63,458 nucleotides of DNA, filler included, from Octopus bimaculoides (GCF_001194135.2; 5 parts of 5 records of this genome joined end to end with filler, not necessarily neighbours in it); one strand, 5' to 3'; counted from the whole stretch's first letter, positions 1 to 12,434 are shown. Notes: generated from the sequence alone by a model not told the origin. Translations and numbers: made by a program.

Positions 1-169
1 ATCTATTTACATTATATATATATATATATATATATATCAAGTGTAGAGTATTATATGTCCATTACGGCTGATCTTACCAATCGGTTTTGCACTAGGGGGT
101 TCAATGGAATGTTAGGTAACATTCTAAGTAACCCTACGCTCATCAGAGGTAGCCATGTGTGTCTGTATG

Positions 170-211
<42 letters not shown>

Positions 212-230
212 CAAACATACACATGCATAT

Positions 231-262
<32 letters not shown>

Positions 263-758
263 TTTCATGCTCACACAAATTCAAATATACACATATTCTA
301 TTAAAAATTGGCAGAAGTTAGAGTGACTCAAGGACCACCAGTTTTGTCCGTTAGCTCTTATCAACTCATGTGAGTTTCTTTAAGTCCCTGACAAGTACCA
401 ATGCATGAAACTCTTGGCCGCTTGAGTCACTGTAATTTCTGTTGATTCACCAAAACCTATGTACAGGTACAGAGATATACAAACATACAATGAGTGATTC
501 AAAGAAAATTAACATACCTACACAAATTTGTACGCACGCATTAACCAGACATATACATACATACGTCTCAAAATATCTAATATATATTCATAAGTACATG
601 TATATATATATATATATACACACACACAAACCTATATAGGTAGTTATAAAATAAAAACATTGTATATATTATTGAAATTAAACATTTGTTGCGTTTTCAT
701 TTGGGAATAATAAATGATACTATAAAACAATACAATAAAATGTTTGTGTGTATGTATG

Positions 759-790
<32 letters not shown>

Positions 791-1122
791 CGTGTGTGTG
801 CGTGTATGTTTATATATACGTGTATGTGTGTACATGGAGTATATCATCAACATTAACTTCAATTTAAATGATATATACATTTAAACACACACATACATAA
901 ACTTACACACAGAAACATAGGCATAGTTATATACATGCAAATTCATAGCACCACACACATGCACACACTGAAACACACACATGCATTCAAATACACAGAG
1001 TAGAAGATGTATTTTCCTTCCAGTGTTCATTTTTTTCTTGCCATTTTGATACGATTTTTTTTTTCTTTTTCTTTTTTTCTAGTCATTTCATTTCAGAGAA
1101 ATTCCTCATCACACTTCAAGAA

Positions 1123-1212
1123 TCATCTGAACTGCTGTTGCAATATGACAGCGCTAAGTATGATGCACAGTAACAGCAAAATTGTGCAAGGTTGTTGAAA
1201 TGCTGCACCAAG
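1123..1212 (-). CDS. Ly6/uPAR protein, terminal exon with GPI-anchor signal (LGAAFQQPCTILLLLCIILSAVILQQQFR*)
   Basis: Acceptor ttttattttgcag at 1213-1214, phase 0 matching the previous donor. Small residues followed by a hydrophobic tail; TGA at 1125-1123. Confidence 0.88.
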   Translation of the reverse strand, partial: LGAAFQQPCTILLLLCIILSAVILQQQFR

Positions 1213-1634
1213 CTGCAAAATAAAATAAATATATATTGTATTTTTCTATTTACTTCTAATATAAGAATAAAATTTTTCAAAAAAAGAAAATTCTATCAGT
1301 GGCCAGCATATTAAAATACCTTTTAAGGTGAAAATTATAAACAATTATAAATAAGGGCAAAAGTGAAAAAATTTCCTATGCCAATATGCTGAAAAATAGA
1401 CCTTAGATCGTCTAACCACAAACAAAATTTACACAGCATGTTGAAACAAGGAGAGCAAGCTTTAAATTTTCTATTAGCTTGTTTTCCTCATTTCCACACG
1501 CTGTGTATTCATAGCCAAAAATATTGTATTAAGTTAGACAATCTAAAGTCTCTTTTTCAGCATATTGGCATAGGAAATTTTCTTCTTCTGAACTTATTTA
1601 TAATTATCATATTATATATATACAATACAATACA

Positions 1635-1827
1635 TGCAGGTGACACGTAAAAGCACCTACTACACTCTCTGAGTGGTTGGCGTTAGGAAGGGCATCCAGC
1701 TGTAGAAACTCTGCCAAATTTAGATTGGAGCCTGGTGTTGCCATCCGGTTTCACCAGTCCTCAGTCAAATCGTCCAACCCATGCTAGCATGGAATGCGGA
1801 CGTTAAACGATGATGATGATGATGATG
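1635..1827 (+). mobile_element. Retroposon 3' end (family R; ...CAACCCATGCTAGCATGG...CGTTAAACG(ATG)n), probably RTE-LINE related
   Basis: Multiple related copies in the window; (GAT)n tail. Confidence 0.75.
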
Positions 1828-1986
1828 AATACAATGTACCAATCGTAAATATTTTTCATTTAAGATTAACATGCATTTAAACATTATTATTATTAAAGAA
1901 TTATTTTAACAATAAAATTTAAATATCACAAATATAGTAATACATACTAATATTAATAATAAATATAATGAAAACATTTATAAAAC

Positions 1987-2575
1987 ATCATCATCATCGT
2001 TTAACGTCCGCTTTCCATGCTAGCATGGGTTGGACGATTTTTGACTGAGGACTGGTGAACCGGATGGCTGCACCAGACTCCTATCGGATCTGGCAGAGTT
2101 TCTACAACTGGATGCCCTTCCTAACGCCAACCACTCTGAGAGTGTAGTGGGTACTTCTACGTGCCACCAGCACAAGGGCCAGTCACACAGTACTGGCAAT
2201 GGCCACACTCAAAATGGTGTTTAATACATGCCACCTGCACGGAGCTAGTCCAGTGGCACTGGCAAGGACCTTGCTCAACCTCACTTGAATGATTTTCTAA
2301 CGTGCCACCGGCACAAGTGCCAGTAAAGCGACGCTGGTAATGATCACGCTCAAATGGTGCTATTTATGGGCCACTAGCATGGAAGCCAGACAGCTGCTCT
2401 GACAATGATCACACTCGGATAGTGCTTTTAGTGCTCCACTGGCACAGGTGCCAGTCATCGAATGTGGTTCAATTTCGATTTCACTTGCCCTTGCCCCAAC
2501 AGGTCTTCGCAAGCAGAGTTTAGTGTCCCATGAAGGAGAGGTTGGCATGGGTGCCAATCATCGAATTTAGTTTGA
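1987..2575 (-). mobile_element. Family R retroposon, longer copy, inverted relative to 1635-1827
   Basis: Reverse complement of the 1635-1827 sequence over about 190 bp, plus further internal sequence also seen at 60924-61195. Confidence 0.75.
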
Positions 2576-2959
2576 TTTTGATTTCAAAACAATATTAATT
2601 TCATGAAACAAGAATATAATTTACATATCAATACTCCTTATTGTATCCAACTATTAAGCCTCTCCTTTATTTGGGATATTTAAATAAAAATTTATATATT
2701 ACACAATCCATAAAATGGTATTTATTATAAATAACTAGAGTTACATCTAGTTCATGCAATGATAACTACAGACCCTAATATTCAATTTATCCATTAAAAT
2801 AAAATAATTTCAATAATTTGTAATAAAAAATATCAATAGATATGATATTAATTATTCTTAACAAATATGTGAACATAAAGAAATAATTAAATTTTGATAA
2901 ACATATTACAAATACATTATCAAATACATAAATATAATTTATTACGGCTGACATTACCA

Positions 2960-3285
2960 GTCTGTTTCGCAAAGTTACTTGGTGCCTCTGCCAGTGCAGA
3001 TGCCACTGAAAAAGCATCCTGTCCAAACTATAAAGTGGTTGGCATTTGGGAGGGCATCCAGCTGTAAAAACCATGCCAAAACTGACATCACCTGTGCTGA
3101 TGTCATGTAAGAAGCACTCAGCCCACTCTGCAGGATGGTTGGTGTTAGGAAGGACATCTAGCTGTAAAAAAAACCATGCCAAAACAGACACAGAGGCCTG
3201 GTGCAGGCTCCTGCTTGGCCACCTTCAGTCAAACCGTCCAACCCATGCCAGCATGGAAGATGGACGTTAAAGAATGATGATGATA
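2960..3285 (+). mobile_element. Family R retroposon copy
   Basis: Same 3' motif and (GAT)n tail. Confidence 0.7.
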
Positions 3286-3581
3286 TCATTAAAATCTCAA
3301 AGCTACGAGATAAAATTTGATAGATTCAAAACAATATGAATAAATAAGCATTACATTTGACAAAATCTGAATGCTAAAAGGTTAGTTTTGTTAAATGTTA
3401 ATTTATTCGCTTCGAATTCACTCTTCACAGGTTGCTCCAGTGAGGGGTGAGGCCACCCCTGTCTCTTTGACAGACATTGTCCTATGTGTTTGTAACTAGG
3501 GCAATCCTTTAAATGCTTCCGTTTACGTCCCCGTAACTTAGCGGTTCGGCAAAAAAAAAACTTTAGAATAAGTAATAGGCT
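3226..3581. repeat. Left arm of near-identical 356-bp inverted duplication (partner 5145-5500)
   Basis: Direct reading shows a reverse-complement match with few mismatches. Confidence 0.9.
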
Positions 3582-4269
3582 NNNNNNNNNNNNNNNNNNN
3601 NNNNNNNNNNNNNNNNNNNNNNNNNNNNNNNNNNNNNNNNNNNNNNNNNNNNNNNNNNNNNNNNNNNNNNNNNNNNNNNNNNNNNNNNNNNNNNNNNNNN
3701 NNNNNNNNNNNNNNNNNNNNNNNNNNNNNNNNNNNNNNNNNNNNNNNNNNNNNNNNNNNNNNNNNNNNNNNNNNNNNNNNNNNNNNNNNNNNNNNNNNNN
3801 NNNNNNNNNNNNNNNNNNNNNNNNNNNNNNNNNNNNNNNNNNNNNNNNNNNNNNNNNNNNNNNNNNNNNNNNNNNNNNNNNNNNNNNNNNNNNNNNNNNN
3901 NNNNNNNNNNNNNNNNNNNNNNNNNNNNNNNNNNNNNNNNNNNNNNNNNNNNNNNNNNNNNNNNNNNNNNNNNNNNNNNNNNNNNNNNNNNNNNNNNNNN
4001 NNNNNNNNNNNNNNNNNNNNNNNNNNNNNNNNNNNNNNNNNNNNNNNNNNNNNNNNNNNNNNNNNNNNNNNNNNNNNNNNNNNNNNNNNNNNNNNNNNNN
4101 NNNNNNNNNNNNNNNNNNNNNNNNNNNNNNNNNNNNNNNNNNNNNNNNNNNNNNNNNNNNNNNNNNNNNNNNNNNNNNNNNNNNNNNCGTACATACTGAC
4201 ACGCTGAAATTTGAAATTTTGAAAAAAATTGTGATGCGTATCAATGTATGTGTGTGTGTTCACTATTTT

Positions 4270-4900
4270 ATTTTCACATCAAATTCCGATATAATTGTAA
4301 TTTACACATTCTGGAAAGCATTTGCAGGAAATTTTATTAAAAGATATTCATTTTTCTGAAAGTTAAGATGAAACAAAAGCCAACTTGTGCGAATTTTCTA
4401 AAACTCCTCTTCCCACCCTCAGAAAAGCTTTTTCACAACAAATTCCTAAACAAATTCCTATATACTCGGAATGTACATCATCTGAAGTGTATTTGTACCA
4501 AATTTCATTAAAAATTAACCATTTTTCTGGAAGTTATGAGGAAACAAATTCACGTGGCACACATCTGTAGGAGTGCCATATTTTGCTTGCCTTACACGCC
4601 AAACTGTAATGTGAACACACACATATCCACTGATACACATCACAATTTTATCGAAATTTCAAGTTTCATTTAGCAGATATATGGGAGCGTGTCAGTATGT
4701 ACGTATACGAGCCCATATTGAAATCCGATATAATCGTAATTGGAAAATTTTTTCGTCAAATATTCCGATATAATCAGAATCTACTCTACAACATCTGAAG
4801 CGTATTTGTAGAAAATATAATTTCAAAATATCAATTTTTCTGGAAGTTATGAGGCAAAAAATTTAGTAGGGGCACACGTGTAGGAATGCCGCGAAACATA
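4270..4900. repeat. Unclassified element with internal diverged direct repeat (ccgatataat...catctgaag...tttttctggaagttatgagg)
   Basis: Motif blocks occur twice (about 4285-4575 and 4720-4890). Confidence 0.45.
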
Positions 4901-5046
4901 AACAAAGAGATATGAAATTTGAGTTATTTCCCTTAGCAGGCAAGAATGAAGAGTTGTTTCCCCTGCATTATTCTTTTCCTAACTTTCATAAATGCACACA
5001 CGCACAGACATGTACATATGTATATACATGTGTGTGCGTATATATA

Positions 5047-5205
5047 TTACTCTTACTCTTTTACTCATTTCAGTCATTTGACTGCGGCCATGCTGGAGCA
5101 CCACCTTTAGTCGAACAAATCGACCCCAGGACTTATTCTTTGGAAGCCTATTACTTATTCTATAGGTTTTTTGTTGCCGAACCGCTAAGTTACGGGGACG
5201 TAAAC
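5047..5205 (-). mobile_element. tRNA-derived SINE family 1, 3' part
   Basis: ...CAGCATGGCCGCAGTCAAATGACTGAAA..(AAAAGAGT)n tail shared with 7963-8355. Confidence 0.8.
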
Positions 5206-5500
5206 GGAAGCATTTAAAGGATTGCCCTAGTTACAAACACATAGGACAATGTCTGTCAAAGAGACAGGGGTGGCCTCACCCCTCACTGGAGCAACCTGTG
5301 AAGAGTGAATTCGAAGCGAATAAATTAACATTTCACAAAACTAACCTTTTAGCATTCAGATTTTGTCAAATGTAATGCTTATTTATTCATATTGTTTTGA
5401 ATCTATCAAATTTTATCTCGTAGCTTTGAGATTTTAATGATATCATCATCATTCTTTAACGTCCATCTTCCATGTTGGCATGGGTTGGACGGTTTGACTG
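5145..5500. repeat. Right arm of inverted duplication (partner 3226-3581)
   Basis: Reverse-complement match including a composite junction of SINE, unique, MITE and family R sequence. Confidence 0.9.
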
Positions 5501-5826
5501 GAGGTGGCCATCTTGCAGAGTGGGCTGAGTGCCTTTTACGGGACACCAGCACAAGTGAGGTCAGTTGGCAAAGGTTTTTACAGCTGGATGTCCTTCCAAA
5601 TGCCAACCACTTTATAGTGAGGACAGGATGCTTTTTCAGTGGCACCAAGTAACTTTGCAAGACAGGGAATCGTTGAGAGGGGAGGGGGCATTCTGACAGA
5701 GAGACAGAAACAGATGTCTTGCTGTAGAGGTACATGGTTATCCAGATATGACTGTATATTTTTAGAATGACATTGTAGGGAAGGTGTAAGAGGCCAGATA
5801 TGGCTGGTTTGTATGCTAAAGGGGCA
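5342..5826 (+). mobile_element. piggyBac-like MITE split by a family R insertion at about 5441-5750
   Basis: 5342-5440 and 5755-5826 match the two halves of the intact copy at 13005-13232. Confidence 0.6.
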
Positions 5827-6654
5827 AGATGGTTTCTGTTCTTCATTTTTTGGTGGGGTTTTTTAGTATCAGTTACCATGGTGAAAGGAGAATTCAACAG
5901 ATGCAAACTCAAGATAGCTGTCTCATGGTTAAAGAAGGGATAGGAAAATAGGAACAAGCTTGGCTGCATGGTAAGAAATTTGCTTTCCAGCCAGGTGGGC
6001 TCAAGCTCAGTTCTACTACATGGCATCTTGTGTAAGCACCTTCTACAACAGCCCTGGGCCAACCAAAGCCTCGTGAGTGGATTTCTATTTTTTTTTTTTA
6101 CCTCATGAGCCCTAGCATTCATAGGACAGGTTACACAGTTTCCAGGATGTATAAGTGACAAAGATCACAACATTCTCCTGAATGAAACACCAATGCATTG
6201 CAGGGTTCAATGCTAACAATTTTAAGGAAAAGGGGGCCAATCGATTACATCAACACCAGTACATAAAAAGTACATTATTTTATCACTGCTGAAAGAATGA
6301 ATAGCAAGGCTGACCTTGGTAGGACTTGAACTCAGGATATAAAGAACCAAAAGAAAAGACACTTAGCATTTTGTCCAGCCTGCTAACTGTTCAGCCAGGT
6401 GATTGCTTTTGTAAGTGATGGATTTAGTAGACGGAAATTAAAAGCCCATCACGAGTATTATATGTAGGTATATATTTTATTTTTTACTTGTTTCAGTCAT
6501 TAGACTACAGCCAAGATGGGGCCACCACATTGAAGAATTATTAGTAGAACAAATCAACCCCAGTATTTACGTTTTTGTTTTTTTTAAGCCTGATACTTAC
6601 TGTGTCAATCTCGAAGGGAAGGAAGAACAGAAAGAAAGAAGGAAGTATACTTAC

Positions 6655-6839
6655 TGTGACATAGTAGTTACATTTCTCTCCTTGGCAACACTCGACACAT
6701 AACCAGTCTCGGTACCAATCTCGCTGACAGGTTAGATTCAGGTTTAGCATACGCCTCTGACGGTTACAGTCTTCTGATTTACTGCATGATTTAGAAATAT
6801 GGTGAATTCTTCGAAGGCGTGGTGTCCAGAACATTGCCT
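6655..6839 (-). CDS. Ly6/uPAR protein, middle exon (QAMFWTPRLRRIHHISKSCSKSEDCNRQRRMLNLNLTCQRDWYRDWLCVECCQGEKCNYYVT)
   Basis: Acceptor gtattccag at 6840-6841 and donor GTAAGT at 6654. 185 bp, phase 1 to phase 0, joining in frame to the upstream exon. Has the Ly6 CC-x4-CN terminus; the WYxDWxC motif resembles the Drosophila CG6329/quiver-like subfamily (recalled). Confidence 0.93.
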
Positions 6840-7408
6840 CTGGAATACAAATAATAATAATAATAATAATAAATGCCCCCATGCAGTACCAGGCAGTGGC
6901 TCTCATGGCTTCTGATCTTAACTGATTGGAAGTGTTATCATGTACATTGTTTGGTCTTAGTATAAAAGATTGGCTACACTAAATACGATTTCACGAGTAC
7001 CATTTACATGACACAGGCAACAGCCACAATTACAGTTTCACTTGGCTTGACAAGTCTTCTCCAGCACAGCATATCGCTAAGGTCACTTGGCATCACCTCT
7101 GTGAGGTCCAACATTTGAAAATCATGCTACCGACAATGGCCACAATTACGATTTCACAGGTGTCATTCACATGACACTGGCAATGGCCACAACTACTATT
7201 TCACTTGGCTTGGCAAGTCTTCTCCAGCACAGCATATCGCCAAGGTTTCGGTCACTTGTCATTGCCTCCATAAGGCTCAATACTTTAAGATCATATAGTA
7301 GATAGAAAATGAAAGAAGGCCAATGGGTGTGTGTATGTGTGTGTGTGCGTGGGGCAGGGAGAAACAGTGCAAGTCTCCTTGTCATGACACTGCATGATGG
7401 TTGTAAAC

Positions 7409-7692
7409 CAGTGGTTCCCAAAATGGGTGGTACCACCCTACTGAGGGCAGTGGAAGGATCCAGGGAACCATTGAAGAAAAATGGGGCAATAATGAGGTGA
7501 CCAAAATGGGGCAATGGATGTAAAAAAAAAAAGGGTTAATTAGGTTAAGTTTTATTTGTAAAATACCGTTGTTTTGAATTTGCTGCAGAAAATGATTTAT
7601 GTCTGTGATGGTGAGTGGGGTGGGGGTGGGGCACTACGAATGTGACCTTAGAACCAAGGGGGTGGCAGCCTTAAAAAGTTTGGGAACCACTA
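7409..7692. mobile_element. hAT-type MITE
   Basis: TIRs CAGTGGTTCCCAAA / TTTGGGAACCACTA; 8-bp TSD ttgtaaac (7401-7408) / ttgtaaat (7693-7700). Confidence 0.85.
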
Positions 7693-7962
7693 TTGTAAAT
7701 GATTGCCACCGTCTCAAAAGCAGAGTCTTTCATTTCCAATCTTCCACGAAAACATATCAGGTCATGGGGAAATATTTACCTTGCTTGGAAAAGCAGTTGG
7801 GGGTTGGTGACAGAAAGAGTACCCAGCCAGAGAAACTTGCCTCAAAGAAATTTCATCCAACCAATGCAAGCACAAAAAAACGAATACTCTAGCGATTCCA
7901 ATGACACTGCCGATGATGTTGGAGATGGAACTTACTTCCAAACACTCCAGTTTTTATTTGTT

Positions 7963-8355
7963 TACTCTTTTACTCTTTTACTTGTTTCAGTCATTTGACT
8001 GTGGCCATGCTGGAGCACCGCCTTTAGTCGAGCAAATCAACCCCAGGACTTATTCTTTGGAAGCCGAGTACTTATTCTATCGGTCTCTTTTGTCGAACCG
8101 CTAAGTTACGGGAACCTAAACACACCACCATCAATTGTAAAGCGACGTTTGCAGGGACAAACACAGACACACAAACATATATATATATACATATATACGA
8201 TGGGCTTCTTTCAGTTTCCATCTACCAAATCCACTCACAAGGCTTTGGTCGGCCCGAAGCTATAGTAGAAGACACTTGCCCAAAGTGCCACGCAGTGGGA
8301 ATGAACCCGGAACCATGTGGTTGGTAAGCAAGCTACTTACCACAGAGCCACTCCT
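7963..8355 (-). mobile_element. tRNA-derived SINE family 1, full length
   Basis: Head AGGAGTGGCT.TGTGGTAAG...GGTTCA.TCCC (A/B-box-like), central (TA/TG)n, (AAAAGAGT)n tail. Confidence 0.88.
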
Positions 8356-8679
8356 GCATCTATCAAAATATTTTAAGAACTAAAGAATTCCAAGAATGAA
8401 TCCTGAAATATTCGATTCCATCCAATTCCCAAATGGAATAAAACTGCTTTCATGTCGACTTAAAGACTGGGTACATATTTAATATGCTGGAATGACATTT
8501 ATGCAAATTGGGAAATTTATTATTAACATTGAACTAAGGGCTGCAGCCTGGTGCATTAGTCACTCTTCTAGAAATCTATTGGGAAGCAATCGCTTTTCTT
8601 ACATGGAAAGATAATTTTCTAAGTGGAAACCAATTGAGTCCTATAATGCCAAATACGCATTCATTAACAACAATTCTGG

Positions 8680-8718
<39 letters not shown>

Positions 8719-9165
8719 ATATGTATGCGTATATGTGCATGTGTATATATGTGTAATGTGCATGTCCATATGTGTGTGTATACATGAATGTGTATATGTG
8801 TGTGTATGTTTATATATATATGTGTGTGTGTACATAAATGTGTATGTGTGTGTGTGTGTGTATATATGTGTGTGTGTGTATGTTTACATATATGTGTATG
8901 TGTGTGTGTGAGTACATAAATATGTATGTGTGTGTATATATATGTATGCATGTTTATATATGTGTGTGTGTGTGTGTGAGTGTATATATATAGAGACACA
9001 CACACACATATTCACACACATTCAGACACACACACACACATTCACACACATGCACAGACACATTCACACATGCATATAATTCGCATCACATATTTTCACC
9101 AACACACACACACACACACACACACACATATTCACACACATGCACGCATTCACACACAGAACACG
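8680..9165. repeat. Compound (TG)/(TA)/(CA) microsatellite
   Basis: Direct reading. Confidence 0.95.
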
Positions 9166-9404
9166 AAGAGCTGCATGAAGTAGGATCAATTACCACAAGG
9201 CATCTGATCCCTTGTTACACTTGCATCAATCTACCACCAACCCGGATTTTTATTTTTTCTTTTTTTTTATTTTTATTTTTTATGGACACAGAAAGATAAA
9301 AGACAGAAGCAGCAGCCTTGGCAGGATTTGAACTCAGAACGCAGAGAAAAGAAATATCACAAAGCTATGTGTGTGATACCATACCAGCTCTACCAGTTCA
9401 CCAG

Positions 9405-9990
9405 TGATGATTATTATTATAGTGATGATACATCACGTGATGTTAGTCATGATGATGATGATGATGATGATGTTAGAGGCTATGATCACAGCGATGATGA
9501 CAATGATGATGATGATGATGATAACAAGGAGGAGTTGGAGGAGGAGGAGGATACTGGCCGAGATGATGATGATGATGATGATGAATACATAATCCAATAG
9601 GCTGACAGTGAAAACAACTGATGATGATGATGATGATGATTATGATATTGGCCGAGATGAAGATGATGAAGAGGAAGAGGTTGAGGATATTGGCTGACAT
9701 AATTAGAAATGATGACGACAACAGAGACGATGATTATGATGGTGATGTTTATGCTTATGATGATGATGATCATTGCCATTCAGTCCTAAATGAAGACGAC
9801 TGAACTGAAGATTGGCTGAGATGATGATGATGACGATGACAGTGATGATGTTAATGGTACTGGTAGTCATGACAACAATGATAATACTGTCTGTCATAAT
9901 AATGGTGATGATGATGGTGATGATTATATTGGCAGAGATTATGAAATGATGACAGTCATGATGACGATGCTACTGATGATGACAGCCATT
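9405..9990. repeat. Degenerate (GAT)n trinucleotide tract
   Basis: Direct reading. Confidence 0.95.
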
Positions 9991-10310
9991 ATTTCACAGT
10001 GAAAATAATTGTTTTTAACATAGGGACAGAACTAGAAATTCGAGGGGAGGGGGAATAGTCATTTGCATGAACCCAGTACTCAACAGGTACTTTATTTTAT
10101 TGAACCCTGTAAAGGACATAAAGCAAAGCTGATCTTGGCAGGATTGAACTCAGAACAAAGAGTCAGAATAAATGATGCCTGTTTTGTCTGATATTATTGT
10201 GACTCTGGCCATCCGTCACCCTAACAAATGATGATGATGATGATGATGATGATAATCCTTTTTTACTATCGGCACAAGGCCTGAAATTTTGGGGAAAGAG
10301 AACTGTCGAT

Positions 10311-10699
10311 TGTTGTTGTTGGTACTCCGTCGCTTACAACGACGAGGGTTCCAGTTGATCCGATCAACAGAACAGCCTGCTCGTGAAATTAACGTGCAAG
10401 TGGCTGAGCACTCCACAGACACGTGTACCGTTAACGTAGTTCTCGGAGGATATTCAGCGTGACACAGAGTATGACAAGGCTGACCCTTTGAATTACAGGC
10501 ACAACAGAAACAGGAAGTAAGAGTGAGAGAAAGTTGTGGTGAAAGAGTACAGCAGGGTTCGCCACCATCCCCTGCCGGAGCCTCGTAGAGCTTTAGGTGT
10601 TTTTGCTCAATAAACACTCACAATGCCCAGTCTGGGAATCGGAACCCCGATCCTATGACTGCGAGTCTGCTGCCCTAACCACTGGGCCATTGTGCCACC
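10311..10699 (-). mobile_element. tRNA-derived SINE family 3 (CpG-decayed copy)
   Basis: Head TGGCCCAGTGGTTAGGGCAGC...; (CAA)n tail; aligns with 17062-17450. Confidence 0.88.
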
Positions 10700-10704
10700 A
10701 CTGG

Positions 10705-11183
10705 ACTGTTGACTATATCAACCTCATTGCGCAGCTGGTACTTACTTTATCAACCCTGAATGGGATGAAAGGCAAAGTTGACCTCAGCAGAATTTGAACT
10801 CAGAACATAAGGACAAACAAAATGCTGCTAAGCATTTTGTCCAGTGCTCTAATGGGACTTAATTTATCAACTCCAATAGGATAAAAGGCAAAGTGGACTT
10901 CAGTGGAATTTGAACTCAGAAAATAAGGATGGACGAAATGCTGGTAACTGTGCTAATAATTCTTCCAGGTGAGCTGGTATAATCATTAGTATGCTGGGTG
11001 AAATGCTTAGTGGTATTTCGTTCTGAGTTCAAATTCTGCCGAGGTTGACTGCCTTTCACTCTTTCAGGGTCAATTAAATAAGTACCAGTTACGCACTGGG
11101 ATCGATGTAATCAACTTAATCCCTTTGTCTGTCCTTGTTTGTCCCCTCTATGTTTAGCCCCCCTGTGGGCAATAAAGAAATAA
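10705..11183. mobile_element. Cluster of SINE family 4 copies: two minus-strand fragments (10705-10965) head-to-head with a plus-strand copy (10967-11183)
   Basis: Core TGAGTTCAAATTC.GCCGAGGT.GACTTTGCCTTTCATCC...AAATAAGTACCAG; resembles the MetaSINE central domain (recalled). Confidence 0.75.
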
Positions 11184-11204
11184 ATTCTGCCAGCTCAAAA
11201 ACCT

Positions 11205-11670
11205 TTGGGTTACAGCAAATATCCTGATCAACACCACAGATTTGCTTGTCAGTTACTTGACTTTCACCAGTTGAACTTGTCCCTTGGTGGCTGACGATAT
11301 GCAGATCTCTGATCACGAGCAGAAATAGTGGGGGAGCATCATAGTCATGTGTTGAGAGGAATTCTTTGGAGTCTGAATATTTCACTTCTGGAAACATGTT
11401 TCATTCATCATCCTTAAACAAACTTTATTCAGGGACCTTTTGAGTGGGATGGGCTACTCCACCTGAAGAAAATTCTAACTGGACTTCACCTGCAAGGTCA
11501 TGCGCAGTTTACCTTGATATGAGATCACCATGTCAAACACATATGGCTGTGATGCATGTGCCCTTATCAGACGGGTAGTCATGATGGGTATATTGGGCTT
11601 CGTATATTTGTACCCCAGTGTCATTTTAATGGTATGCATTGCTCTCTCACTCAATAATAATAATAATAAT
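11205..11670 (+). mobile_element. Retroposon 3' end, family 5, with (AAT)n tail
   Basis: Aligns with 36815-37190; ends CTCTCTCACTCAATAATAAT. Confidence 0.75.
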
Positions 11671-12029
11671 AAAATAGTTTCTGATTTAGGCAAGGATTAA
11701 ATCAGAAACCATCAATCTAATGCTTGACCGATACTCTGTTTTATTGACCCAGAGGGATAAAATGAAAAGGCTAACTTCAGCAAGATTTGAACACAAATGT
11801 AAAGAGTCAAAAGAAATAAGGCAAGGCATTTTTTCTGGTAAATTCTATTAATCTACTATCCTATGATGATGATGATGATGATGATGAACAAAGTGGTAGT
11901 GATAGTGATGATGATGGTGGTGGTGGTGAAGGTGATGATAACAATGATGATGATAACGATGATGATGATGTCTGCTGCTGTTGATGATGATGATGCTGGT
12001 GTTGATGAGGATGTTAATGACATACATAC

Positions 12030-12149
12030 GTTTTTCTCCATAAATTGACATGCAGCTGTCATAATTCTCTTGACATTGGATCGTTGTCTTGATACACTTA
12101 TCCTTGTTGGTTGCCTGGTTGACACAGACATAACATTCCAGACCACACA
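12030..12149 (-). CDS. Ly6/uPAR three-finger protein, first recovered coding exon (xVCGLECYVCVNQATNKDKCIKTTIQCQENYDSCMSIYGEK)
   Basis: Acceptor ttttcttgctttcag at 12150-12151 and donor GTATGT at 12029. 120 bp, phase 1 to phase 1. LECYVC is the typical Ly6 N-terminus. Confidence 0.92.
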
Positions 12150-12188
12150 CTGAAAGCAAGAAAATCAAACAAACATTAAATAAACACT

Positions 12189-12391
12189 CTGACTCTTACT
12201 TGTTTCAGTCATTTGACTGTGGCCATGCTGGAGCACCGCTTTTAGTCGAGCAGATCGACTCCAGGACTTATTCTTTGTAAGCCTAGTACTTATTCTATTG
12301 GTCTCCTTTGCCGAACCGCTAAGTTACGAGGACATAAACACACCAGCATCGGCTGTCAAGCAATGCTAGGAGAACAAACACAGACACACAA

Positions 12392-12434
<43 letters not shown>

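Noticed and set aside
6541-6906. 121-aa ORF as a single-exon gene
   Set aside because: Only 6839-6655 is coding; the flanks are intron and repeat sequence.
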